Below are positions 24,201 to 34,605 of a DNA stretch of 64,000 nt, piece after piece (positions within the stretch are counted from its first letter, which is position 1; every line of letters starts with the position of its first letter). A model generated the notes under the pieces. The model was not told the DNA's origin. It made no database searches and saw only the letters and a list, made by a program, of their open reading frames with translations. The stretch is from Marsupella aquatica. Taxonomy: Eukaryota > Plantae > Marchantiophyta. Location of the stretch: assembly GCA_973895155.1 (NCBI GenBank), contig OZ316897.1, forward strand, positions 12,237,832-12,301,831, read 5' to 3'. The translations under genes and the position numbers were made by a program.

Positions 24201-24936
24201 ACAATAAAGCAGTGGCGCCTTCTTTAGAAGGGTTTGACACATAAAGGTTCTCCAGTGAATCAAGGCGACCAGATTTAAGGGCCTCGACTAACGACAGCAG
24301 GCCCACATCTGTGAAACGATTGCCGTCAAGAAACAACCTTTCTAAATTTGGCATGAGGGTGACGTCGCCATATTGGAAGGCGGTTGCCAGCGTAGCCATG
24401 TCATCGTCATTGATGCCAGTCTGCCAGAGAATGAGATGGGTCAACTTCTCCAAATTACCGGATTGAATTGCACGTCCAAAAGCTCCGACGCCTTTGGTTC
24501 CTACCGCGTTCCGATGAAACCTAAGTGTCCTCAAAGATGGAAATTTTGCTGAAGCCAGAGCATTGCTGATTGCCTCACTACGATCGGCCTCTAACCCGGT
24601 TCTCTCAAGCGACAAAACCTCCAATGCAGACATTTGACCAGATGCCAGAGCCTCGGCAAGGGTGAAGTGTCCACTCCCAATATCCTGGAGGTCTAGGTCG
24701 ATGACTGCCACTTGCGACAGATTGCCGAGCTTGATGGCGTCGCGTAGTTCCTCCATACTTCTAATTTCGATCCGAGTGCTGCTGCCAGTGCTAGCCGCGA
24801 CGTCTTGACGCCCAGCCTGCTGCCCCGATCCAGATTTATCATCGGAGTGACGAAAGTGTTCCCCTCCTGTTCCCTGCGAGTCTTCGTGCCTAGACTCTCC
24901 ATCCGTCACTCCATTCGCGCCCTCTATTCGATCCAT
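21256..24936 (-). CDS. TRN1-like: TORNADO1-like LRR-Roc-COR (Roco) protein, copy 2, intact 1226 aa
   Basis: RI-type LRRs, Roc P-loop GDPKTGKTT, TRGID, WDMAGQEDY, COR (LHEAGVLVY..LNPNWFC..VFIPSLI), coiled coil, and a C-terminus (LQFACE..PHQVKDQLG..LVPWLK..KLGLRKV..WICTECH) matching the TORNADO1 C-terminal pattern. Confidence 0.93.
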   Translation of the reverse strand: MDRIEGANGVTDGESRHEDSQGTGGEHFRHSDDKSGSGQQAGRQDVAASTGSSTRIEIRSMEELRDAIKLGNLSQVAVIDLDLQDIGSGHFTLAEALASGQMSALEVLSLERTGLEADRSEAISNALASAKFPSLRTLRFHRNAVGTKGVGAFGRAIQSGNLEKLTHLILWQTGINDDDMATLATAFQYGDVTLMPNLERLFLDGNRFTDVGLLSLVEALKSGRLDSLENLYVSNPSKEGATALLSALALNKSLTVHVDFEWFRFPELKRQYEQLRKRNTRYKDILAGLAGSSMVPAAFGKIYLCGDPKTGKTTLCHTLKRTLWQSLWTWERRPHVEARTRGIDVSKVGSKGSKRKNQNPITLQVWDMAGQEDYHLVHNAFFPALSFSFGNSTISQGAATIFVIVCNCSCPPNEVDKQLDYWLRHIASSDHQATRQTRHVFVVLNNMGGHKHVQRNSQVWEVLLKEKRKKFTGLLDVRTDPFIVDVRRKGKVNGFKTSLLVHCMTLLKGQIVPTICDVIRQRLPIWSEARKEFPVLGWEDFVEMVQQLQEDWPEQIILSATKYLHEAGVLVYVDKSFPAQWGIASPWLIVLNPNWFCKEIIGNMFLSEDMVKRAEGDHIFRKKLDASTGSISMGAFKVFFEARWGLKDCEDLIAILLWLGLCYKGKDDKVFIPSLIDGNLDPEDGWQSRSNHDDGEEQWVMGFSIQHQQQEMTLAPMSLWHRFQVQLAQSPEFNNGNVLDNDFVAGKYFMTFTVDYMNVRIEVNAKNDSPTFDEISILVKPQFRKDEMDVIQRKNCQVNLADDLVNILLDLWNEVCGGVQYVQKVVWPWPVSQSKQEGYMKHRNVEVAEVKRCVQVHGMGRKMQWRVGFDSAITEDQLLSTKDKKYVIMSAKNDLNVLRQGLQEAVTLGIYPPDLTEEWDISTDGDKVEEPALASDGIEMANPPTSPTAEKMQRLSTVNGKLHNMDEKLDKIMNSQDKIYKQVKNVERMLVEGFAEVLKEQKRVFRKLQDTDRFLKEDKDRTCPNLIYLGKRDSGVRATLKEALSPSVDVRLQFACEARYNSYTPHQVKDQLGLVVSDLKPALKTLVPWLKVSLTVLLISAKIAANVVAPGAGLLLPDFQQVQQGKSVLDGIVWATEYSMPELDKLMTEGMGLDPTGPPLNPQDLYGKSRAAITNLVGKLTAEAYEEKLGLRKVCLAYNDGSLHGVVWICTECHQKFRKSNLVNDM

Positions 24937-25365
24937 TGGATTAAGTCGATATCGTACCCTCCGACAGGTTCTCTCCTCTTAATCGCACAAGCAGCTCTGT
25001 CGTCAATTGGTCCCAGGAAACCCAAGCGGATCAGTTTGATCCAGCCAGTGAAGTGCCGCACTCAAATCAAAGATGGTCCTTGGTACCTGGTGATCGCACC
25101 TCCCACCAGGCTTTTTTCATCCTCCAGAATGGTGAAACAGCTAGAGCAAATTGATTCAGTTCGATGCCTCTCAAATCCCCGACTCTTGCCAATGCTGATT
25201 GGAGCTGAGCAGGCCTTTTCTCCCACCAAGGTGTTGAGGAGAGTACAGAACCACCAGTAGCGCCTGAAGCCAGCTCGATTTTCCCCCAGATTATATTTCC
25301 CAGCGAACTACTGTATATATAGGCAATAGATTTCTGGATATTGCTGACAAATTTCAGGACCCCTG

Positions 25366-28300
25366 TTCAATTGGGATGCTTTCATGTTGTGTGACAGTCT
25401 CGAACTGTCCAGTCTAGTACAGCGAGGACGGGCCCAAACAATCAAAAGCTACTGTAAATGGTGGGCTCTCGGCACGACTTGCCAATTTACTGTAAGGCGT
25501 CGAAAGTCACGACTGGTGACCGAATAAGGTCACGGGTAGGTAAGAGGGATCACTGGGCCCTGTGGAATCTAAAGGGGATGGGAGCAGGGTTGCAGCATCA
25601 CTCTACCTAGTCTTCAGAGTGGAAAAATACGGCTCCCGTTGCAGCAAATCGTCAAAGATTTTTCTCTTTTCAGTTGCGTTTGACAAACCTGGTACTCAAT
25701 TGGAAGCTTCAAGGTAAGTGTCAGCTTCAAGAAGATTGGTCTTGGCCAATCGATTGTGATAGATTGTGAAGACTCTGCAAGGATTGGATTGAATGGAATG
25801 ATGATATCTTGTTCTTTATTTTACATGCCTGCGACGAACCCCCCAGCGACGAACCCCAAAAACGATTTCGTTTGGAAGTCCCGCCTCCGTGGGTCCAGGA
25901 CATCGAGTACAGTAGTCGAATCAAAGTTTTCTTGCACTAACTCCTGTAGGCAACAGGGACATCCTCTGAATAGCCCCTTATCTGATGGAATGAGAAACAG
26001 ACTAGTCAAGATATCTGCCAGGAAAGACTCTACGAGAATTTTAGATTGAGCCTTTGCTTCCAACTTTCCTGGGAAATATGAAAAAATCACACTTCCGTAC
26101 TCTGTCATCTCGCGTCCACAAATCCTAAATGTTTTTCACCTCGGCCAATAGATTGTGAAGAGTTTGTAAGGAATATGATTTCACATATGGTTTTCTTTGT
26201 CCTTCCATGCATGCAGTAAGATGATGACGTGCTTTGGCAGTCGTGTCCCAGTGGGTCAAGGACATGGGATGGAAGCAAAATACAGGTTCCTTTGAATTGC
26301 TCAAAGGCGAAGGAAACACCCCTTTCTTCCTTTTTCGTTGTTGAGCAGAAAGTTGACAGAGAAACCATGTGTACTGCATGGGAGGAGGAGAGTCAACGTT
26401 GGGGGTCGTGGTGGGGACGCGAGGAAGATTCTCAAGTAGAGTCCAAATCTTCGAAGTGAAGCAAAAGCCAACAAGCTTGGGGAGACCTTTCAATTCCGGT
26501 TTGGACTTGTCGGACAAATAGGAGGATTTGGGACGACAAATGACATATGTCGTCCCGGTCGATCCCGGTCCCGGAAAAATCACTGTCGCCATGGCCTCGC
26601 CAGTCAACATTGGTGACAGAGGGACCATTTGGCCCGGTGGATCTAAAGGAGATGGGTGACAATTGACAAAAGAGCCCTACGGTAGGGTGGCAGCGTCATC
26701 TATCTAGTCTCAAGGCCGCAAAATGTTGAATCTCATGGTAACAACCGTTACTGAAGGATTCTCGCTTATCAGTTCCGTTTGACAAAGTTGGATACTTGAT
26801 TGGAAGCTTCAAGGTAACTATCAGCTTCCAGAAGACCCTGCAAGGATTGGATTCGATTGGTGACTAATCAAGTTGTTCTGTACTTTTCATGCCGGCGACC
26901 AAAAGATGACGCGGCTTTGGGAGTCGCGTCCCCGTGTAATCGTTGTGTTGCGATAACTCTTGGGGTCTTTCTCAGTAGAATGGCGCTGGACTGCGTTTGA
27001 ACGTCTGGCTCAAGTTTCCTCGTGTCCAAATTCAGCTCTCGGCTCAAAAGAATTTGTCCTGGACTTTGGATGTCTGTGAGAGAGCTTTGTTGTTGATTGC
27101 ACAAGACGGAAAAGGAATGCTTCAGTGTAAAACGAAATCCTACAGGTGAAATACAGCCAAAAATTGAATGAAGGGCATCAGGCACGTATTGTTCTCGTTG
27201 TTAGATACCGCCCGAGACTATTGATTGTGGTACCCTTACAGCTGTGGTATACTTCCCTCCCCTTCAGACCATATTCAGCTCATGAGTTTTGGATTGATTC
27301 TCACTGATATCATTTCAAACTGTTGCCAGCCTTCGCAGAACTTTAACTGCGTAGTTTCAATGGAGTTGGGGACGGGAATAGAGACAGAAATTTCAGAGCC
27401 ATAGTGGTCCGTTCCTTCTTTGAATTACTTTCGTTGAATCAACTGCAACAGCAGAGCCAGCCAAGGTGGCCGGAGTAGTGTTACCGCGTCCCTTTCAGCT
27501 GAAGAACCAAATCCAGGGGAACTTCATTACCCCAACTGTTGCAGAGAAATGATGCAGCTAGAGTCAAAGTCTCTAATCCGGATGTTCGAAGGAGAAATAA
27601 CTACCCTTCTCCTGAAATCGTGGAGCAAAATGGCACTGGAAAAGAGAAGCATGAGTGGAATGTGAGCAAAATGGCACAGGATGGGAGAAGAATGAGTGGA
27701 ATGAAAAAAAAAATTCTTCGACATTTCCCCCTTTTATATGGCTGGTGGCGTTGTAGGTGGAAAGGAGACTGAGTGCAAAAGAAACATTCATTTGGGAAAA
27801 ACATTGTAGGTCCTAGGGTAGAGATGAGGGAGAGGAGAGCTTAGACACCAGGGAAGAGGGGAGGCCAATGCAAAGGATAGTGATGTGCTGGAGTTGGGGT
27901 GAGAGCCTGGGCAAGGTGCAACCGTGTGTCAGGCAAGCAAGCAAGCCAAAATATACTTGGAGGAAAGAGAGACACAAAAACAAACTTGGGCAGGAAAATA
28001 ATTTATGTAGCAGCAAAACAAGGATAAAAGCAAAAGAACATAATCATGGCAGAAAACAAATTCCAAATGATGCCAAGAACATCAGAGAACCAAATAATTG
28101 GGTGGAGGCCAAAGCAATGCAAAGGTGAGATGGTGTGGCTAGGTCTAAACAAAATCCTGGAAGAAAAATAGACTAGGAAAACTCTGGCCACTTGGAAAAG
28201 TATGGAACAAATAAATAGCTTTTGGCCATTTCAGATATATTGCAAAACCATCTTACGACTACACTCTGAAGAGATCTCTGCTATCATCTTAGAGGGTCCA

Positions 28301-29118
28301 CAATCCTATGTCTTTTATACTTAAAGCTATATCAGGCCCTTTGTCTGAGGTTAGATTGGCAGACAATCTTCAAGCTCAGGCAATCGGGTCTTTTACACAA
28401 TAAGCAGACACCTTTTGGGCTGATGTGCGAAGAATTATTGCAAGAAAATGATTTCTTTATCCTAGTACTAGGTGTTCGGCACATAAAAAACAAAGCAACC
28501 CTATTTATTATTTATGAAACCATGTATTTGGCATGTAGAAAATAAAATAACTATACAGTACTAAATATCAGACAAATACAAAATACAATGTGTACTATAA
28601 TTAAAAATATAACCATATATTAACATGGTTGCTGTATTTTGTGTAAGTCTTCTTGTTGGTGATAGGATAAGAAATCATTTTCTGACAATAATTATTTGAT
28701 TTAAACCCTCCAGTGTTTGTCATCACAACATTCTTTAGACAAGTGTGTCTGTTGCTCTTCAGCCTGTTGCTGTTCAGCCGGCTCAAGCATTCACTGTTCT
28801 TAGTAACGGTGAGACAGCATTTGAACTCTCCTGTTTGGAATAATCCAGGTTGGTGTTAGGGCTCCTGGTCAGATTCTTTTGCTTGACCCTCCTATGCAGT
28901 TCCACATAGTTCTACAGTTCTACACAGGTAATGTTTTGGTCTTTTTCTTTCCCATTTTGGTTGGCTTTTGCCAGGTCCCTTGGGCTCTTTGGCTCCTTGG
29001 TTCACTCCCCTGGATTGGGTCTTTATTTTGGGTGATCATGTCTCCTAGATGGTCGCTTTTTTTTGTGGCAATTTGAGATATTCAACTAGAATTATCCTAC
29101 CATAGTGACATCAATACG
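25366..29118. repeat. Segmental duplication unit, paralogous to 46155..55111 (the latter interrupted by Copia-C)
   Basis: Identical ORF translations at 26105..27185 and 52139..53219. The empty Copia-C target site ctagt is at 26002..26006. Confidence 0.92.
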
Positions 29119-29741
29119 TCATTAAGAAGCGTGGGACCCCATAATAAAAAGCTATGGTGGTGGGTTCCTGAGACAACTGGAACAGGACAGTTAGTGTAGC
29201 CAGGGGCATCGCAAGTCAACACTGGTGACAGAAAAGGTCATGGGTAGAGGGGTTATTAGGTCCGGTGGAATTTAAAGGAGATGGGTGACAAACGAGCCCT
29301 ACTATAGAGTTGGAGCATCATTCTACCTAATCTCTCAGAGCGGCAAAATAACAACTGTGGTGGTAACAAATCATTACGAAAAAAGTCTCTCGTTTCAGTT
29401 GGGTTTGAATAATTGAGACTCAATTGGAAGATTCAAGGTAATTATCAGGTGCGAGAAAGACTCATTCTGGCCAAGAGATTGTGAAGGCACTCTCAAAGGA
29501 GAAAGAACTATAATTTATACGAAAGGGAAAGAAAAAAAAGTACAATGAAGGGTAAAGCAAAAGAGATCCAAAAAAGGATAAACACCAAACCAAAAAAAGA
29601 AGCAAAGCGCAGACCTAGCCAAAAAGAAGAAGAAATGAAAGGAGAATACTTGCCATTGCTTCACTGGTGGGATGGACAAAATGTCTAAGTATATGTAAAA
29701 CAAATGTGACAGAAGCAAACAAATGTGACAGAAGCTAAGTT

Positions 29742-31738
29742 GTACGCTACAAAGCACGTCTGGTAGGGAAGGATTTACCCAACAACCGGGAATTCATTAC
29801 GATGAAACTTACTCACCGGTTATGGATAGCACAACATTCCGATACCTTATCGGATTTGCCATTTTCCATAAACTACAAATGCGACAACTGGATGTTGCAA
29901 CCGCATATCTATATGGAACTTTAGACACTTGTCTATACATGCGATCACCTCCCGAGTTGGAGCAACGTCGCCGAGCGTTAGCTCAAGGCGCTAAATCGCA
30001 TATCCCATATTTATATAAGATTATAAAACAATTATCTCAAGTTACACCTCGTGTGTCATCTACACATGTAACTCATAATAATGACACCGTTGTGTCAACC
30101 GTACGGAATACTCGCCGCGGACTAGCTATCCGCGTGTTTAAGGCATTATATGGCCTAAAACAAAGTGGCAGAGTATGATATCAAAGATTTACTGATGAAA
30201 TGATTACCATGGGTTTTACCCATGATGCAATTACCCCATGTTTATTTATTAAACATATGGATGACGAATATGTCATCGTTTCTATCTATGTTGATGACTT
30301 AAACATATTTGGGACACCCCAAATTACCGAAGATACTATTACTCATCTTAAATCAACATTTGAGATGAAAGACCTTGAACATACAAACTTTTGCTTAGGA
30401 TTACAACTGGAGATCTTACCTACTGGCATGATGCTCCACCAAACCACACAAACCAAAAAGATCCTAAAACAGTTCAATATGAACCTAGCACACCCATTGC
30501 CGTCACCAATGGTAGTACGTTCATTAGAAAACAATACTGACATTTTTTGCAAGCGCGAAGAACATAAACCAATATTAGGACCAGAAACACCGTATCTTTC
30601 TGCGATAGGAGCATTAATGTATCATTCTAGCAAATCAGACACGACCAGACATTACATTTGCAGTTAACTTACTAGCTAGTCATAGTGCAACTCCCACAGC
30701 TAGACACTGGAATGGAGTTAAACACGTATTTAGATATCTACGTGGAACCACTGATACCGGGTTATTTTACCCATTCCTTGCAAACCACGAGCTCATAGGA
30801 TATGCGGATGCCGAATATCTCTCCGACACTGATATCGCAAAATCCCAAACTGGATATGTTTTTACCATAGGGGGTACCGCTTTTTCTTGGAAAAGCGTGA
30901 AACAGACCCTAACAACAACCTCATCGAATCACTCAGAAATCTTAGCTCTACATGAGGCTAGTCGTGAAGCCGTCTAGTTACGATCCTTTATAAACCACAT
31001 CAACACCAAATGCGGCCTACCACCACTAACGAAGCCTACTAACATTTTTGAGGATAACGCAACATGTATACAACAGATCACAAAAGGGTTCATCAAAGGC
31101 GATCGCGTGAAGCATATAGCTCCAAAGTTTTTCTACACCCACAAATTACATGGAAAAGAGATCAACATTTTGCAGATTTCAAGTGCAGACAACTGTGCGG
31201 ATCTCTTCACCAAATCACTATCGCCATCAATTCATCACCGACACTGCCAGGCGATTGGACTGCGGAGCGTGCGACGCATGATGACCGTGGAAGCTACTAC
31301 CCCACATAACGATTGATGCTGCTAATGACATGATGCTGACGACCTAATGTTGAGACAGATGTTAAAACTAGATTTACTATAGCATCTGACTTCATTTAAT
31401 ACTGACATTTATTACGACGATGATTGTTAGGCTGCACTCTTTTTCCTTTAGCACTCATATTTTTTCTCTGCTACACTGATAGAGTTTTTACTAAGCTAGA
31501 GTTGATAAAGGTTTTTTAACGAGGCAATCTACCTTGCTTGTACTTATATCATGTATTTCCTATGAACATGATATAATAAGTATAGTCTATATTATCTATA
31601 TAGTTATCACTATATATCCAAAGGGGAGTGTTAGACTCTACCTCTGACCGGACGACCGGACCAGCCGGTCATCCGATCACCCTATATGTACTCACATTCC
31701 TGACTATACACGGACTCATTCACATTCATACCTTGACA
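29742..31738 (+). mobile_element. 5'-truncated, degenerate Ty1/copia remnant (Bianca-like RT-RNase H, PPT and probable 3' LTR from 31629)
   Basis: YKARLV, YSPVMDSTTFRYLI, LYGLKQSGR, IYVDDLNI, KHIAPKFFYTH and ADLFTK, with frameshifts and stops. PPT aaaggggag is followed by TGTTAG. The right boundary is uncertain. Confidence 0.85.
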
Positions 31739-34605
31739 TAGAAAAAACTTTTGTTGACTGGGAGACGATGTCTATTGGAAGGCACAGGTCGGATCTGGTT
31801 AGCTGCACGCAACTTCTCTTCAAGGCAAACCGAATACTCTGGATCGACGGTAGTAGAACTTGACTACGTCTAGTTTATTTTATTTTATTCTGTCTGGAAT
31901 GGAGTAACTGGACCCCAAGACGGAGTCAAGAGACCTACGAGAAAGACTCTTTAGATTGAGTCTTTTCTGCCAACTCTCTTGGGAAGTTAATACGAGGAGA
32001 TCGCAGTTGCTTACACTGCGTCATCTTCGCATCCACAAATCCTACATATTTCCAACTTGGCCAATAGATTGTGAAGAGTTTGCCAGGAGTATGACTTCAT
32101 CGTATGTTTTTCTTTGTCTTGCTATCCATACAGTAAGATGAGGATGCAGCTTTGGCAGTCGTGTCCTAGTGGGCCCAGGACATGCAGTGACGGAAACAAA
32201 ATACAGGTTCCTTCGAATTGCTCAAGGCGAAGGAGACCCCCTCTTCTACCTTTTTCTTTGTGGAGCGGAAAGTAGAAAGAGGAAGCATGTGTATTGCAGG
32301 GGACGAGGAGAGTCAGCGTTAAGGTCTTGTGGTGGGGAAATTCTCAAGGAGAGCCCAAAATTTTGAAGTCCAGCAAAGGGCACGAAGCTTGGGAGAGACC
32401 TTTGTTTCCCCTAGATTTTATTTCCCAGCGCACTACCCGTAGATAGGCGATAAATTTCTCGATATTTCTGACAAATTTCAGGAGCCTGGGTTACCATTGG
32501 AGAAGCTCAACAGACCGATCTCATGAGTCGTGGAGCCACAATGGTTCAGCGGCAGCCCATATTAGACATATGAACAACATTTACCTCACCTGCTCACAAA
32601 GCATCTCGGAATATCAATTGGGGAAAACTTTGATGCACACCTGCACGAGAATTCTGCCAGGAAAGGAACGTCCAAATTGCAATCAAGCCCGACTTACTAT
32701 AGCTCTGCCTGGCTCTAAACTACACACAGTTTGTCTTCATTTGCTTATCTAAACGGTTTGAGTAATTTTCTCCTTTTCTCCTCTTCATTTCCTCGATTGC
32801 AGCCAAGAATTTGATCGTTTTGGGAGAAAGGAATGAATTATGTACTTCAAGAGAAACAGGTAGTTGTCACGTATACATCTGCCCTTGCGTCGAAAGAACA
32901 AGATTAGGATCATCCAGAATGAAACTCTCTAATCCGGATATTCGAAGTAGAATGTCAAGCCGATGGAGAAATCTGTGTGGTCGCAGGCGGGTGCTCGGCA
33001 AAAAATGGATCCCGATCCTTTCAGCTGGAGAAACCAAATCCTGGGGAACTAGATTACCCAACTGTGCTAAATAAATTCTCCAGAATCTCGCTATTCTGAA
33101 GGAGAAATATGTCAAGCATATGACGAGAAGCTATGACGTTCTGGTCGTCCAGGGACAGCAAATTTGGCAATTATAAAATATGCAAAAGGATCTGCTTATA
33201 GCCTGACGCAACAGACGAAGGTACGACTTACTACTTTACCAGAGATCGATAAGTCCATGGACATAGAATCCAGACACAAATTATTGAAGAAAACACAAGG
33301 ACAGCAACCAAGTGAACTCACATGTCGGTGCCGTCAACGAGTAACGTAGGGTTCGCAGGGCTTCATGACAGCTTCTCCCATTGGCAAACACATTTCATGA
33401 TTGTCCAATTGACCTCTCGGCATATCATTTCGAGAAACATTAATTCAGCAAGTCTGCCACCACAGGACCGTCCAATAAAGCCCCAATTACTAAAGCTTTG
33501 CCTGGTTCTAAACTACGTGTAGTTTGTCTAGACCAAATAGATTAAGACCGGTCATTCTTTGCATTGGATTCTTCACTCTCCAAATCACAGTGCTTTTCCA
33601 AAGTCCATCGACCTAAGTGGGGTTCCCTTGATTGTGCGACAAAACTGCGTAAAGGCTTGTATTTGCATCCCAGGTTGATCGTTGGCCACTAATGAAGAGC
33701 ATGTCACATTGGGGGAGGGGGAAATCGAAATTCCTGTTACTAGCAATGAACAATTTCCTCCATTAGCTCCACCTATTGCCACTCGCGCCTGAGGCACCTG
33801 AAAGAGTAGACCGGGGTAATGTTAGTTACTGCTTGTCTGATTCACATAATAAAACAATTGTTCAGAAGCCATGCAATTATTCAGATGAGAAAAACACTGG
33901 CGGCTCTACACTCGAACTCACGGAGGCGTCGTCGTGCTCAATGCTGTACTCAATTCCATGAAGCGACTAAAAATATATAAACCACACAATTCGTAGGATG
34001 GAATGCAAATAAATGTCTTCGTAAGTCAGATGGAGTTGAAACCGTCGGCCAAAAATCGAAGTTAGAGAATCAAACCAAATGCTCATTCAAATCTCCCCAG
34101 ATCACTTACAAAGGCAATCTTTCTTCGCTTCATCATTGTCTTTCAACATGAGAAAGCTCATTGAAAACAAGATGAACGATAAGGGTAGTCGCTTCACGGT
34201 TAGAGTCAACGCTTCTAGCTACTTGACTGGACAAAACTGAAACACGCAATTTGCTGCATGTAAAAATGCTCAACATTGTCCGCCAAAACGGAGTATGCTC
34301 CAGAAATCGCGGGTCTAGTAGACGGACATCCTGCCGACAAAACTCCTTCCACCAAGTGGATGCCAAGTACTCACGACAACTATTAAATGGAAATGATAAT
34401 TTCTGAGTGTTGCTGGAGCTCTACCTCACCACATCAAGTTCTTCTGGGTACAGTCCACGCGCTGAACGGTAGACTTCTAGTTGTACGAATTTTGGCCCGG
34501 AAAGTCATCTGTTCCGACAGCCTTTCATACCACTTACACCAATGCGCTGCTACATCCTTGGCAGGCAGGCAGAAGTTGTGCGAATCTCTCAAGATCGACC
34601 ACGGT

